DNA of 63,618 nucleotides, the filler included, from Globobulimina sp. (taxonomy: Eukaryota), in the NCBI GenBank assembly GCA_003354225.1. It is 26 parts of 26 records of this genome, joined end to end, with 100 filler letters (N's around TTAATTAATTAA, not from the genome) between each part and the next. Parts side by side here need not be neighbours in the genome. Positions count along the whole stretch, not along the records: positions 49,460 to 51,830 come from PIVH01007091.1; positions 51,931 to 54,301 come from PIVH01007092.1; positions 54,402 to 56,772 come from PIVH01007093.1; positions 56,873 to 59,243 come from PIVH01007094.1; positions 59,344 to 61,714 come from PIVH01007095.1; positions 61,815 to 63,618 come from PIVH01007267.1; 20 more parts are not named here. One strand, written 5' to 3'. The position numbers were made by a program, and so were the translations under genes. The notes beneath the pieces are model-generated. The model saw only the letters and a program-made list of their open reading frames with translations. It made no database searches and had not been told where the DNA came from. Positions 50,511 to 62,446 of this stretch are shown here, in pieces. The stretch's first letter is position 1, and the number at the start of each line of letters is the position of its first letter.

Positions 50511-51470
50511 ATGGACATCAGCGAACCCATAATCGGTACCCACGTCTCGACAGATATAACCGGACAAACCAATAGCAAGAATCAATTGAAATTGTTCCTA
50601 ATCGGTAGCAGAAGGACAGGAACAGTGACAATAACATCATTTCTAGAAAACGTTGGTTATGGTAAAAAATATCATGGCTGGACCTTATGGTATTATAGAA
50701 ATCGCGATCTTAAATTTTGGGAAGATGTCAAGCAGCAAAATGGCGAAGATGTTGAATGGGATGAATTATTTGAAGAAAATAATTATGAAATCACCTCTGA
50801 TCAACCTTCCATTTTATTTTGGAAATCTTTGGTCAAATATTATCCACAAATGAAAGGTAAGTAAATTATATATATATACATTACATACAAATCTATTATA
50901 ATATAAATAGTTGTATTAACAATGCGAAACGATAACAAATGGTTTGAATCGTACAAAAATTCGATCGCGAAAATATATTTAAACCCAACCATTAGTTTTG
51001 TGATTACAATATCAAAGTATTTGGTACCCGGCGCTGTAAAATATTTTAAGCTTTTCGACCATGGCTTCTTTCAAACGTTCAAGTATGAAAATGACGGATC
51101 GCGGGTTTTTGACAGAGAATATGCAATAAACCAATATAATTCGAGGAATGAAGAAATTATTCGCTATTTTCAAGATAAGCAGGAGAAGGACAGATTTTTT
51201 ATAATGGACTGGGATCGAGAGGATAAAAACGAGTTATTTTTGGAAGTAATGCAATTTTTAGAGATTAAATTCACGCCTCAACAATTAGCCCAATTGAAGC
51301 GACAAAACGGTGGATATTTCTTTCCACATAAAAATAATACAAGAACAATGAGACGCGATATTGTGTTGAATTTGGTGGGATATGTGCTTGGATATAATGC
51401 CATTCCTATACTACTTGTTATTGTTGCTATGATTGTAATTTTTTTTTTATTTTTTATTTTTTTTTTGTAA
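50511..51470 (+). CDS. Sulfotransferase-like P-loop protein, tail-anchored (intron 50857-50910)
   Basis: IGSRRTGT, SDQP..FWK.L..YYP..KVVLT.R..KWFES, FPHKN; C-terminal TM. Confidence 0.82.
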
Positions 51471-51930
51471 ATAGAGCAATGCTTTGCGCTCCAATTTTAA
51501 TTTAAATACATCACACGATTTTTATCCAATATTTGTATAACATTTGTATATATCAAAAACCTGAAAGAAAGCGTTTTTGATATATCACACAACATAAAAC
51601 AAAAATAAACATCAAAAGAGATACAAACAAAATGTTACATACAAATAGGAATTATTATGCTTATTGCATTAATGTGCAAAACAAATGATACTTGGTGATA
51701 TAAGATAACTTTTAGCCACCATTCACGTGGTAAACTTTATTTTTGCTCATTCCTTCAGGATGTTGTGATACAAAGTTTTTTAGTCTCAGTCAACTAGAAA
51801 ATCTAAATGCTAGCATGGCGATTATGGCAANNNNNNNNNNNNNNNNNNNNNNNNNNNNNNNNNNNNNNNNNNNNTTAATTAATTAANNNNNNNNNNNNNN
51901 NNNNNNNNNNNNNNNNNNNNNNNNNNNNNN

Positions 51931-52785
51931 TTCATGCAAACTGTTAAACTCACTGTAATATAACATATAATTAGATATCTATCAAATTGTTATGTAACTC
52001 AACTGTATTAATTTACAATATGACTTGATATCATTTACGGATTTGAAGTGTTGATTTACGGATTCAACGTTAATATGAAGTTGTTTTACATTACAATATC
52101 TGGATTGTAATTGATTGAGATAATATTTATTGTTTAAATATTTATTAACAAACAATTTAAAATTAATTGAGGTAGAAAATGAATATGAAGAAGATATGGA
52201 TGACGGTATACATTGTAAAGGAGTTATTATTTTTTGATCTAAATTCATCGGAGTAAATGATAAATGCATTTGTGGATTAACATCATACATATTATCCATT
52301 CGAAATGCATAGCAACTCAATGGATTGCGAGCAATGGATACAAAAAAACGACATGTTTTCTCCATATTTAATACACTGAAGATATCCAAAAATTGACAGG
52401 AATAAATCAATACATCATCAGCTGTTTTTATATTAGGATTTGAATAAAAATAAAAAACATATAATATACGCAAACCTAAATCGAATATGGAGAAATTTGG
52501 AATTTCAACAGAGTCTGTATTTGGTGATAGTGGATCCGGAATATCTGCGTTTGTTTCATTAACCATTTGATTAATGTTATTCTTTAATGTTTGCATGTTT
52601 TCTGATGTTATTTTTGGTAAAAGAGAATGTAATCCGCAAAATAGAATACTTTGCACAATTTCAAGATCAATGATGTTAGGCAACAATGATAATACGGCAG
52701 ATAACTCATTTCTGTCACACTTTGAAATACACTTTCTTATCTCTACCAAATTTACGAATTTGTCATTTAACTCTACTGAGTCCAT
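51931..52785 (-). CDS. F-box-like protein, 3'-truncated, probable intron ~52423-52474
   Basis: Spliced IFDLADDVLIYSCQFLD..S..NMEKTCRFF. Confidence 0.6.
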
Positions 52786-52870
52786 GGCATGGATTAAGAA
52801 GATGAGAAAAATTTTGCTTTAAAGAAGGGAAAAAGTAAAACATTTAATTACTAATTTTGTTTTGAAATTT

Positions 52871-54301
52871 TCACGGTAAATCACTTTGTTTTTCTTTTAC
52901 ATTATTATCATAATTTTCATCTTTTTGCTCACTCATTGCATCAGCTTTAGTCGACTGTGCATACTGACAACAATCACATTCATGCTTTGATTTATCACAG
53001 ATATCCTTCATCGTAAACACTGCAGAAATCGGTAAATGGTCAGACACAATTTTCTCACTCGGTAAACTCCAAATATTTGTAGGTATTCCTTGCTCCATTT
53101 GTATATCACTCTTATTATTCTGCATAGCTTTCCTATTCCTATCAATCTCCACCTTCAACTTCTCCATCACCTCAGTGACCTCACCATTATCCTCATCCTC
53201 ATTCACTGTCCGCGTGATACCGCCCAACACCATATTATTGGCCGTAAAATATATAAAATCCATCGCCGCAACAATGCGGCCATCGGAAAAAGTGGGAAAA
53301 TGTTGCAAGCGATCAAAATATTCATCCATTTTATAACATTTTTTATTTTTATGTTCAACCGGAACAGCAACACTGTCCCGGCTCAAATAGGAAAGCAATC
53401 CGTCATTATAACTGTCCCGAAACTCATAACAATGTCGAAATATATTATGTTCCTTGGTCACCGCCTCCGGCACATACTGCATTCGCGTAATTACATACGA
53501 TTTGGTCTCAAACAATTGTTTTACAATAATTTTCATCGTCGAGTAAATGGCTTTTTTGCTGCCAGAAATATCGATGGTTTTCTCCGTGGAATTATACAAT
53601 CTCTCCGCAGAAATATGCATTTTCGCCCAGCCCATTTTATAAATCTGTGCTATATTTAAACATTTGATGTTTTCCTCATCGATGCACATCAACAACGAAG
53701 TGGTTTTGATGCGCGTATTGATCATAGAAATGGCTTTCAAGACTTGCAAATACGTCCCGATCAAAATCACGATGCGATTGCGCATCTTATAGTTCCTCTT
53801 ATAATTGTTGGAAGTGGGGATTATCACTTTGGCTTTGGACACATTCTTCAATTTGCGGATAAAAAACCCTTTGTGGCCTATCAAATAGCCGACGTCGGTG
53901 GCGGTGAATATAAAACGAAGCGGCCGGACAACGATGCGGTCACTGTCCAGGCATTGCAGTCCTTGCTTGGAGACATTATTTATTTTGATTTTGTCGTAAT
54001 TAATGTGTTGATTCACCAATAATTTGTCACATAGACTTGTTTTCGGTGCATTGAAATCGCCACAAATTATAATCCGCATATTGTGTGTTTCTCCGTTGAT
54101 GTTTGAAGTAAATCCGATGTTTGCAATTTCGTTTTGTTTCTTGTCATGTTTGTGTTTATATGCATTTGCAAACTGATCCAGTCTTTGGACGATTTTCTTA
54201 ATTTGGTGCAATCGTTGCATGTGTTTTTGAGGGTGGCCGGTTAAATGGACATTTACTACGAAAAAGGAGTGATAGACACAGGTTATATTATTATTTGTGA
54301 G
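52871..54301 (-). CDS. CCR4/nocturnin/Angel-like EEP nuclease-phosphatase with inserted KH domains, 5'-truncated
   Basis: VVNVHL..HP, R..QI, IICGDFNA, PTF..MDFIYF, SDHLPI.A.F; KH motif VGYLIGHKG..I..L...SKAKV.I. Confidence 0.85.
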   Translation of the reverse strand, partial: LTNNNITCVYHSFFVVNVHLTGHPQKHMQRLHQIKKIVQRLDQFANAYKHKHDKKQNEIANIGFTSNINGETHNMRIIICGDFNAPKTSLCDKLLVNQHINYDKIKINNVSKQGLQCLDSDRIVVRPLRFIFTATDVGYLIGHKGFFIRKLKNVSKAKVIIPTSNNYKRNYKMRNRIVILIGTYLQVLKAISMINTRIKTTSLLMCIDEENIKCLNIAQIYKMGWAKMHISAERLYNSTEKTIDISGSKKAIYSTMKIIVKQLFETKSYVITRMQYVPEAVTKEHNIFRHCYEFRDSYNDGLLSYLSRDSVAVPVEHKNKKCYKMDEYFDRLQHFPTFSDGRIVAAMDFIYFTANNMVLGGITRTVNEDEDNGEVTEVMEKLKVEIDRNRKAMQNNKSDIQMEQGIPTNIWSLPSEKIVSDHLPISAVFTMKDICDKSKHECDCCQYAQSTKADAMSEQKDENYDNNVKEKQSDLP

Positions 54302-54401
54302 NNNNNNNNNNNNNNNNNNNNNNNNNNNNNNNNNNNNNNNNNNNNTTAATTAATTAANNNNNNNNNNNNNNNNNNNNNNNNNNNNNNNNNNNNNNNNNNN
54401 N

Positions 54402-55891
54402 TATGATTTTCTGGGTCATGATCCTCAGAATAATCATGTTGAAAATACGCCCATTCATTCAAATCTAATTCATTGCCGCCATTTTCTGAATAGACTTGAA
54501 TATATTCGTTGTTGTATGCTTTTAAAATCGTATTTTTAATTTTAGAATGCACAATTTTAATATCATCAAAATCTTTAAAATTATGAACCACTACGATAGA
54601 CTTTCTTGAATGGCCACGCATCAAACTACTCGCCGTCTTAATAATATCATCCACATATTTTCGTTTATATGAAGTTAAACCATCGATCACAATCAATACT
54701 AAATCACATAATGTCAATGCAACTTCCTGATGAAACCTATCCGTAGCTCTTCGCAATTTGCTTCTTTCATACTCATCCACACGATGCTCGCCTTCTGTAT
54801 CGATGCACAACAAATCACCGTTAAACACGACGGATATACCCACTGTTTTCACCAAATGGCCATCGGGGATATTTTTATTGCATAACTGTTTTAATAACCA
54901 TGTTTTGCCGGATTTAAATGGGCCGACGGCACAGACTCTGCTGCCTTTTCTTTTTTTATTGACTTCTAAAATTTGTGTATTATTTACATATGATATTAAA
55001 CCATACTCTGTTATGTCAGAAATAAATTGTTCGTTACCATTATAGATTGCGTCATATACTTTGAATCTTTCAGTTGTCAATATTTCTTCAGGTATAATGG
55101 GACCATCGTGTTTCAGAGGCGCTGGCTCAATATATTTACCATCGATTTTGTGGATAAACTTGCCTTCTTTGTTTATATTGCTGGTAAAGCCAATATTAGC
55201 AATATTCTGTGAGCCTGAACCTGGCACTTTTTTATAAGTGGTACCATCACCTTTATTAAAGCCAGCGTGAGCGTGTTTTCCTTGTGATGCGTCACCGTAT
55301 GTCCAGGTAATGCCGTCAGTGCCTGTTAAATAATTAAATATGACAAATGAGGATTCCTTATCCACTACAATTATTAATTGGAATGTGTTAAATTTATCAT
55401 TGTGTTTACTGTAATACCCCACATGATCCCAGGTGACAATATATACCATTTCAGCTGAAAAGGTATGTCGAAATGATGGGAATACTTTAACAATTTCATT
55501 TGTTCCTTTTCTGAGATCAATATCGTTGGTCGATTCTCGATAATAAACATAACCTAACGCCGACACACAACGTTAACGTTTTTAATATGTTTTTATATAT
55601 AGATATAAAAAAAATATACCTGAGTTATGTTGTCGTGTGTCAACATCTGCCCAATATATCGCTAAAAATAACTCATTTTGCAATGGAAAGGCCTTTGGAA
55701 TGTATTCTGAAACGCCACGATTTATGAATATGATCAAAATATTTAATACTATGCTGCAATGTGATTGGACCTAAATAATTATCATCACCTAATTCTAATT
55801 TATTGTCACCATTTGATGTTCCAAAATTAAAAAATTCATCAAATTCAACACTGTTAACAATACCAAAAAACAAAAAAACGAAGAAATGCAT
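54402..55891 (-). CDS. Signal peptide + NIDO domain + P-loop GTPase; intron 55554-55619; frameshifting deletion near 55717; 3'-truncated
   Basis: YWADVDTR..G.VYYRES, VTW..V, NTFQL, F.IFNY..ITW..G..AHAGFN.GDG (NIDO); GPFKSGKT, T.G, DTEG, VVHN (GTPase). Confidence 0.8.
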
Positions 55892-57197
55892 CTCTATTAA
55901 AAGCACGTACGACGCGTCGCGACCTATTAAAAGAAGTAAAATTGAAAAATCAAGTGGAGTTTTGAGTTAGATCATGTCGCTATCGTTACGGTGTTAAATT
56001 GAAATCCCAATAACAGTTGGAGCCCAATAAACCGATTATTTCGAAATTAAAGGAAAAACAGTTGGAATTGAAGTAATTACAAATGAAATGATCCGCATTT
56101 TACAGTTAATACAGAATATATTATATTTGGCACCATCGCAAATAAAAAATAAATTTGTTTTGAATAATTTGGGAGAAATATTAATAAAAATGTATCCATC
56201 GACGATTTGCATGATAGGTTGTTATCGGTTTGTGTTAATTTGATTGCGCATTCTCAAAATGCAAAATATGTGATATGTTTTGGCGAAATGAAAGAGAAAA
56301 TTAATAAAAAAAAAGAATTTATTATCGGAAATGCAAATAACAATAATTGTGATTTTTTATTGAATATATTATCGGAAGTATTTAAATTACTGATTGGAAG
56401 TATTTAAATTTTAACAAACAATTTGATAAAATTTGTCTCATATTACATTTACTTGCGCATTCATTGTATTGTTGTTTGTGTTTCTTATTTTGGTTATTTA
56501 AAAAGAAATAATTGGTTTTTTACAATCTTAATACATTTTGCCTTTTCAATATTAAGCATCGTGTTTAAGAGTTGTCATTAGACACTAATAATACGTATAC
56601 GGGAACAAGCAGAATGAATTCAAATTCATCAGTTAATTCTAGAATGGAATGCCAAACAACGTTTGATTTCTATAAAATACTGGTTTCTATTATTTCATGT
56701 GGTTATGCAGTTGTTACAAAAGGTTTGGATATTATATCCTTGCACTTTACTATCATAAATGTATAAATGTATNNNNNNNNNNNNNNNNNNNNNNNNNNNN
56801 NNNNNNNNNNNNNNNNTTAATTAATTAANNNNNNNNNNNNNNNNNNNNNNNNNNNNNNNNNNNNNNNNNNNNAATAAACAATATGCCTTATAATTAACAT
56901 TTCATATTTAATCATGCGTCAAAAAAATGTTTTTAACATTATTAATAAAATGTTATCTTTTAACATTTTATTTATAACCTATTTTCCTTCCTTTCTGTTT
57001 CGTCGTCGAGACTCTTAGCCGAAATTCATTAATGGAAATCATATTTAGGATCGCCAATCTAAAAGACATTGAAGTAACGTCTTAAGAAAACACTTAGTTG
57101 GACGCCTAAATTTTCCAGTTTCAAGTTAATGTCAACGTGAAAAGGTTTCAAGAATATATCCAACCTGAAATTGACGCTACTCAACTAACTCAAGACC

Positions 57198-58911
57198 ATG
57201 GCTGACGCAAAAGCAAAGGAAGAGGATAATACTCTGCTCAATCGATTTTCCCGCGCGGTGAGTGGTGCTCCCGACGCAGCCAAAAATTATCCCAAATGGC
57301 CAAGCGATCATCCATACGCCTACACAATTGGCGATGTCGAGTATCGGGAAGTTGTCGACCACAAAACCGGTAAAACCGTAAAATTATTATTCGGCTTAAA
57401 TACATGGCCGGAACGCTCATTAAAAGTACCAGGCCTCGCTTTAGATGCTCTCGACGCAAACCCAGAGAAAAAAGAAAAATCCAAAGACAAAAAAAAGAAA
57501 GATAAGAAAAAAAAAGAGCCGCCACCAATCCGTAAAGTCTTTGTCTCGTTCAAAGTAAAACGAGTGTCGGATATCGACAATGTCGAAGAACAATTTCGTA
57601 TCAAATTTCATTTATATTTCAATTGGCTGCCAACCTACGAAGAATATATAAGTTTCAGCACGACCGAAGCTGAACAAATCTACAAATGGGAGCCTCGCTG
57701 GTATCCCCATTTGGAATTTATGAATCAAATCGAGCCCATCGACCCCTTTCCGCGTTGGGAGGAGTATCCCGATGAAGGCAGGTTTCGCCTACAAAAATTA
57801 AAAGGTTTCTTCGGCACTTTGTGCGACGACCGATCCATATATCACACGGACGATCGGAGTGTGCCATTGGCGGAGCGTAGCCCCATCGGCGTGTTTGACA
57901 GCAATGATTGCTATTTCATCCGCGCCAAATACGATGTTGAGATGCTCCTTTCTGAGGAGTTGGAATTGCAGTCCTTCCCTTTCGACTGTCAGGATTTGTC
58001 CATCATTATGCGCGAGAACACGCGCGGTGTAAATATCTCCTTTTTGCCGGAAATGAGGAAGACTACGTTCGGCAGCATTGACCCCCGCTACTCTGTGATT
58101 GATGAATGGGATATGGAGTCCGCGCGGATCGAGTTTGGTTCCACCAATGCTGTTAAGTTTATATCTGAGATTTGTATATACGCAAATTCGCATTGTATGC
58201 ATATACACTGTCCAGGGCTCGTCGCGATCGTCGACTACTTATCCGGCGATTATATTGCGCTTAAAAATGAAGAGAAGATGGGAGGTCTTTATGTGGAACA
58301 TCGTGTTGTTGGTGCTATGCATCGAATGTTTGGCGATCACCGCCTTTGCACTCGATTTGGCGGAGGAAACCAGTGACCGTTTGGGGTTAAGTATAACTTT
58401 GGTGCTTACTGCGGTTGCTTTTTTGCATATTGTTAAATCGGGCTTGCCCAATGTGCCATATTTAACCTTTTTAGATTTTTATGTGTTGTCAAGTTATGTG
58501 TTTTTGATGTCGATCATGCTCGAAACTGCCATTTTATCTGGATTTGATGTGCCGGAAATCTGGGATTATAGGTTTATGATTTGCTGCATTACGTATCAGA
58601 TATTGTATCATTTGATATTCTTTTTTTATTCAATGTATGTTCGAAGACAAGAATTGTTGAAGTTGGTGATGGACAGTGACTCGATTGAGGAGGACGTGAA
58701 CCAATCGCGTCCGGCGTTGGCCTTTGATTATAGGAAAGGTTCGAGACAGGGCGATCCCGTCAACCCCGACGACAAAAACTCGCAGCCTCGCTTGCTGTAT
58801 TTTAGAGCATACAAAAAAGAACCGAAAAAAGCGGAGGAGGTGAAAGGAAAAGATAAAAAAAAGGATGAGGCACCGAAAAAAGACGTGGAAAAGCCATTGA
58901 TAAACAATTGA
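57198..58911 (+). CDS. Pentameric ligand-gated ion channel subunit, Cys-less type (intron 58152-58215)
   Basis: DIDNVEEQF...W, W.P.LEF.N, LQSFPFDCQDL, RLGLSITLVLTAVAF, LPNVPYLTFLD.Y, four TMs. Confidence 0.9.
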
Positions 58912-59451
58912 TGATATTCAAGTGAATTTGTAACTTTATCTGTTGTGTAAATCTTATCATTCCCATTTGATTTGTCTTATGGTTTCATATGATTATATAT
59001 GTGGTGTTTGTTTTTTGTTTGGTCATTTTGTGTGTATTATTCACCATGTTTTTGATGTTTAGCTTGTTGCTTCTCCGCAATATATGTGCATTAGGCTGCG
59101 ATAGCGTTTTTGTTGTCAGTGATTCTTGATTCGAAAACTTTGATTTTCGATTTTCTAGAGTTGATTCTGTCTCTACGAAAGTTGATTCTCCACGGAACAG
59201 TCTATCTATATCTCTCGTAACTGCCCATAGTAACTAATATCATNNNNNNNNNNNNNNNNNNNNNNNNNNNNNNNNNNNNNNNNNNNNTTAATTAATTAAN
59301 NNNNNNNNNNNNNNNNNNNNNNNNNNNNNNNNNNNNNNNNNNNAGAGAGCACAAATATGTACGCATGGCGCACCAAAAACAAACAGATTTGATCCAAGTA
59401 AATGTAGAAAACGATCGGAAAAAAAAAAGAATGCAAGAATACCATGGAAAA

Positions 59452-59530
59452 ATATTGAGGCAACAATCAAAGTGACATTAATGCAACAATCAATATTGAG
59501 GCAACAATCAATATTGAGGCAACAATCAAT
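59452..59530 (+). repeat. Short tandem repeat (ATATTGAGGCAACAATCA units)
   Basis: Three exact-like copies plus one degenerate copy. Confidence 0.65.
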
Positions 59531-59869
59531 TCCCACTACCAATGCAACAATTAACTGAAGCAATGAATGCAATCACAGCAATTGATTCATATATACATCC
59601 ATCTCACATTGCAATTGTGAAGCAATATAACGATATGGTAAAAAAAAGAAACAAGTTGCTTGTTCTGGGAAAAAGAAAACTAAAAAGAAAACGAAAAAAT
59701 CTCAATCAGGAAACGAATCATCTAAGAGGCCACGTAAAAAACGCAAAACATCAACAAAAAAGAAATTGAATGTTGGAAATATTCATAGGAAAAAGTCTAT
59801 TTAAATGTGATTGACAATCTATTTAATCTTTTTCAATAGGGTTTTTGCTTTTAGTTCATTTCTTCAATT

Positions 59870-60062
59870 AAGCATATTGGCAGCATATTGGAAGCATATT
59901 GGGAGAATATTGGGATCATAATAAGCATATTGTGAGCATATTGGGGTCATATTAAGCATATTGGAAACATATTGGGGTCATATTAAGCATATTGGGAGCA
60001 TATTGGGATCATATTAAGCATATTGGTAACATATTGAGAGCATATTGTGACATATTGGGAGC
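59870..60062 (+). repeat. ~10-bp minisatellite (GCATATTGGGA-like)
   Basis: About 18 CATATT cores in tandem. Confidence 0.85.
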
Positions 60063-60484
60063 AGAGTGTTGTTTCTGTATATTTGTTTAAACATATTCAG
60101 GCAGACAAGGTTCAAATACTAATTTAACAACATTCCCTAACATACACACAGCAATGACTACATAATTATAATATGTTGATAGATAAAACAAAACAAGACA
60201 TAGTGATTTATTATTTGTAGGTAATAAGATAGGCCGGATATGTTGCTTCATTTTTATAAACATTTAATATTTTATTATTTCGTATATATTTTACATAGAC
60301 AATCTTTAAATAATTCACTTTAATAGCAGCTGTACAGAAATATTAAATTACTGCCAAACCGATTATGCTATAAAAATAGAAATAATTATAAACTCCGCAT
60401 AGAAATAATTACACAAAAAACAATCCACTAAATCCCACATTTTTAATTCAAAGGCAGTTAAGAATAATAAACAAATAATTATCA

Positions 60485-61036
60485 ATGAAAAAAGCCATGA
60501 CATTAATTATTTTATTATTGATTGGTGTTGCTACGTCGTTCGACTTCGATATATTTGAAAAAGCAAAGAGTTATGCCAGAAAAGCAAAGAGTTATGCACA
60601 AAGAGTAAAAGAGAATAAAGTCAAGCCTACATTTAACACATTTGGAGAAAAAGGGGTCAAGCGTACAGTAAGCCATCCGCGTGGAAACCATAAGACTTCA
60701 TCAATCCGTGAGGCTGCATCAGGAGGCCAGCGCACAGCAAATCGTGTTGCACCTGGAATCATTGATGCCAGAAAAGCAAAGAGTTATGCACAAAGAGTAC
60801 AAGAGAAAAAAGAGGCATCACCAACCACTGCTTCAACAGTCACCTGTCGACCAACAGATAAATGGAGCGGAAAAATACCAAACAATTGGTGTGCTATCAA
60901 TTGTTATGTTCCTGGTACAGCTGTTTTACACCCAACATGTCAGAAAAAAGCTTGTTTTGTGCCAGCTGATTACCCCAACCATGTGCACATGCCAGCTGAT
61001 CCAAGAACACAGCTGATTTTGTGCACATGCCAGTAA
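60485..61036 (+). CDS. Small secreted basic protein with KAKSYA repeats and a Cys-rich C-terminal module
   Basis: Signal peptide; (AR)KAKSYA x3; CRPTDKW..WCAINC..HPTC..C..CTC. Confidence 0.75.
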   Translation: MKKAMTLIILLLIGVATSFDFDIFEKAKSYARKAKSYAQRVKENKVKPTFNTFGEKGVKRTVSHPRGNHKTSSIREAASGGQRTANRVAPGIIDARKAKSYAQRVQEKKEASPTTASTVTCRPTDKWSGKIPNNWCAINCYVPGTAVLHPTCQKKACFVPADYPNHVHMPADPRTQLILCTCQ

Positions 61037-61289
61037 AACTGAGGATACAGTGAGGATATATGACGATTGTTCTCTGGTGTTTTTAATTTTAATTGTCCTT
61101 AATATAACAGATTATATTATACGAACTGCATAACCAATTACATTAGAGTTTTCCTATTTAACCTTGATTTTGCTCATGATCAACTTTTTTAATCATTTGT
61201 GAATTGTTAGAGAAAAAGCTTAAGTAAATATTCGTCTCATAGTCTCGTCTTGATTACAAGAGTGTGGACACTTTCTCACTGTTTTTCAA

Positions 61290-61714
61290 TCTATACTATC
61301 CTATACTATCCTATACTATCCTATACTATCCTATACTATCCTATACTATACTAAATCCCTGCTCACACGAGTGGGTAGTCTAGCTAGTATCCCGGGGAAT
61401 ATTTATATCCTGGAGCACCTAGAAGCTAGCTCACACGAGTGGGTAGTCTAGTCAGTGTCCCGGGGAATATATGATAGACGGGTACCTAGAGTTCAGCTCA
61501 CACGAGTGTCACCCCAAGACGTACTGAGCACCTTCAGAAATATTGCATCGGTGGCTCAGCACTATACTAACGCGAGAATCGAACCCGCGATAGTGGCGTA
61601 TCACTACGCCACTACAAGGCCACCTCTAGTAATTTATACAGAGTACTGAGCTAAATCCCTGCTCACACGAGTGGGTAGTCTAGCTAGTATCCCGGGGAAT
61701 ATTTATATCCTGGA
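61290..61714 (+). mobile_element. Putative non-autonomous Helitron-like 5' end: (CTATACTATC)n followed by a 300-bp tandem unit with ~68-bp subrepeats
   Basis: A|TCTATACTA start; 61351-61414 recurs at 61651-61714; GCTCACACGAGTG at 61361, 61429, 61496 and 61661. Confidence 0.5.
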
Positions 61715-62446
61715 NNNNNNNNNNNNNNNNNNNNNNNNNNNNNNNNNNNNNNNNNNNNTTAATTAATTAANNNNNNNNNNNNNNNNNNNNNNNNNNNNNN
61801 NNNNNNNNNNNNNNTTGGGAATAAAAGACAACTAAAATATTCCATTTCTCATATTGTTTTGCATTGTGAACATAATACAAAATAAATATAGGTTGTGGTT
61901 ATTTATATAGTTATAATATTTTCTTTCACCTTAACATTTTCTTGCATAATTTTGCATAAACCTATAGGTGCACAAAAGGCCACCATCGAGTATCTTGAGT
62001 TGGGTTGTGTTTGTTTCTTAAATCGTCAGAACTGTTGACATGACGGCAAGGCTGCAGCGTTTTCAAATTCTGACTTATAAAAAGATTTACTGACTTTTTA
62101 TGATTCTTTCCTATGTTTTATGATCATTTTCAAATAGTATTTGTTAATATCAGAAAAATAGCAGAAATATCATCATTAAAGAATCAAATCTCATGTATAA
62201 TAGAATTAGATTGGAAAAATATGTATATATAATATTCGGGCATATTAAATGCCAATGATTCACAATAAATTCAAAATACAATTGAAATGTAAAGAGGATG
62301 AGGAACTTTGTCCATAAGTGTGAGGATACAAAAAATAGAACACTTATGGACAAAGGTCCTCATGCTCATTGCGAAAACTATATTTATATTCTTATTAACT
62401 ATATAGATATAATACAGAGTCAATGTAAGCAAATAAATCTAGAGCT

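Noticed and set aside
55975-56766. Short ORFs after the NIDO gene as a coding gene
   Set aside because: Interrupted by stops and without a recognisable domain; at most a decayed fragment.
61351-61714. 300-bp tandem unit as a retrozyme or hammerhead ribozyme
   Set aside because: No CUGANGA...GAAA core found by eye on either strand.
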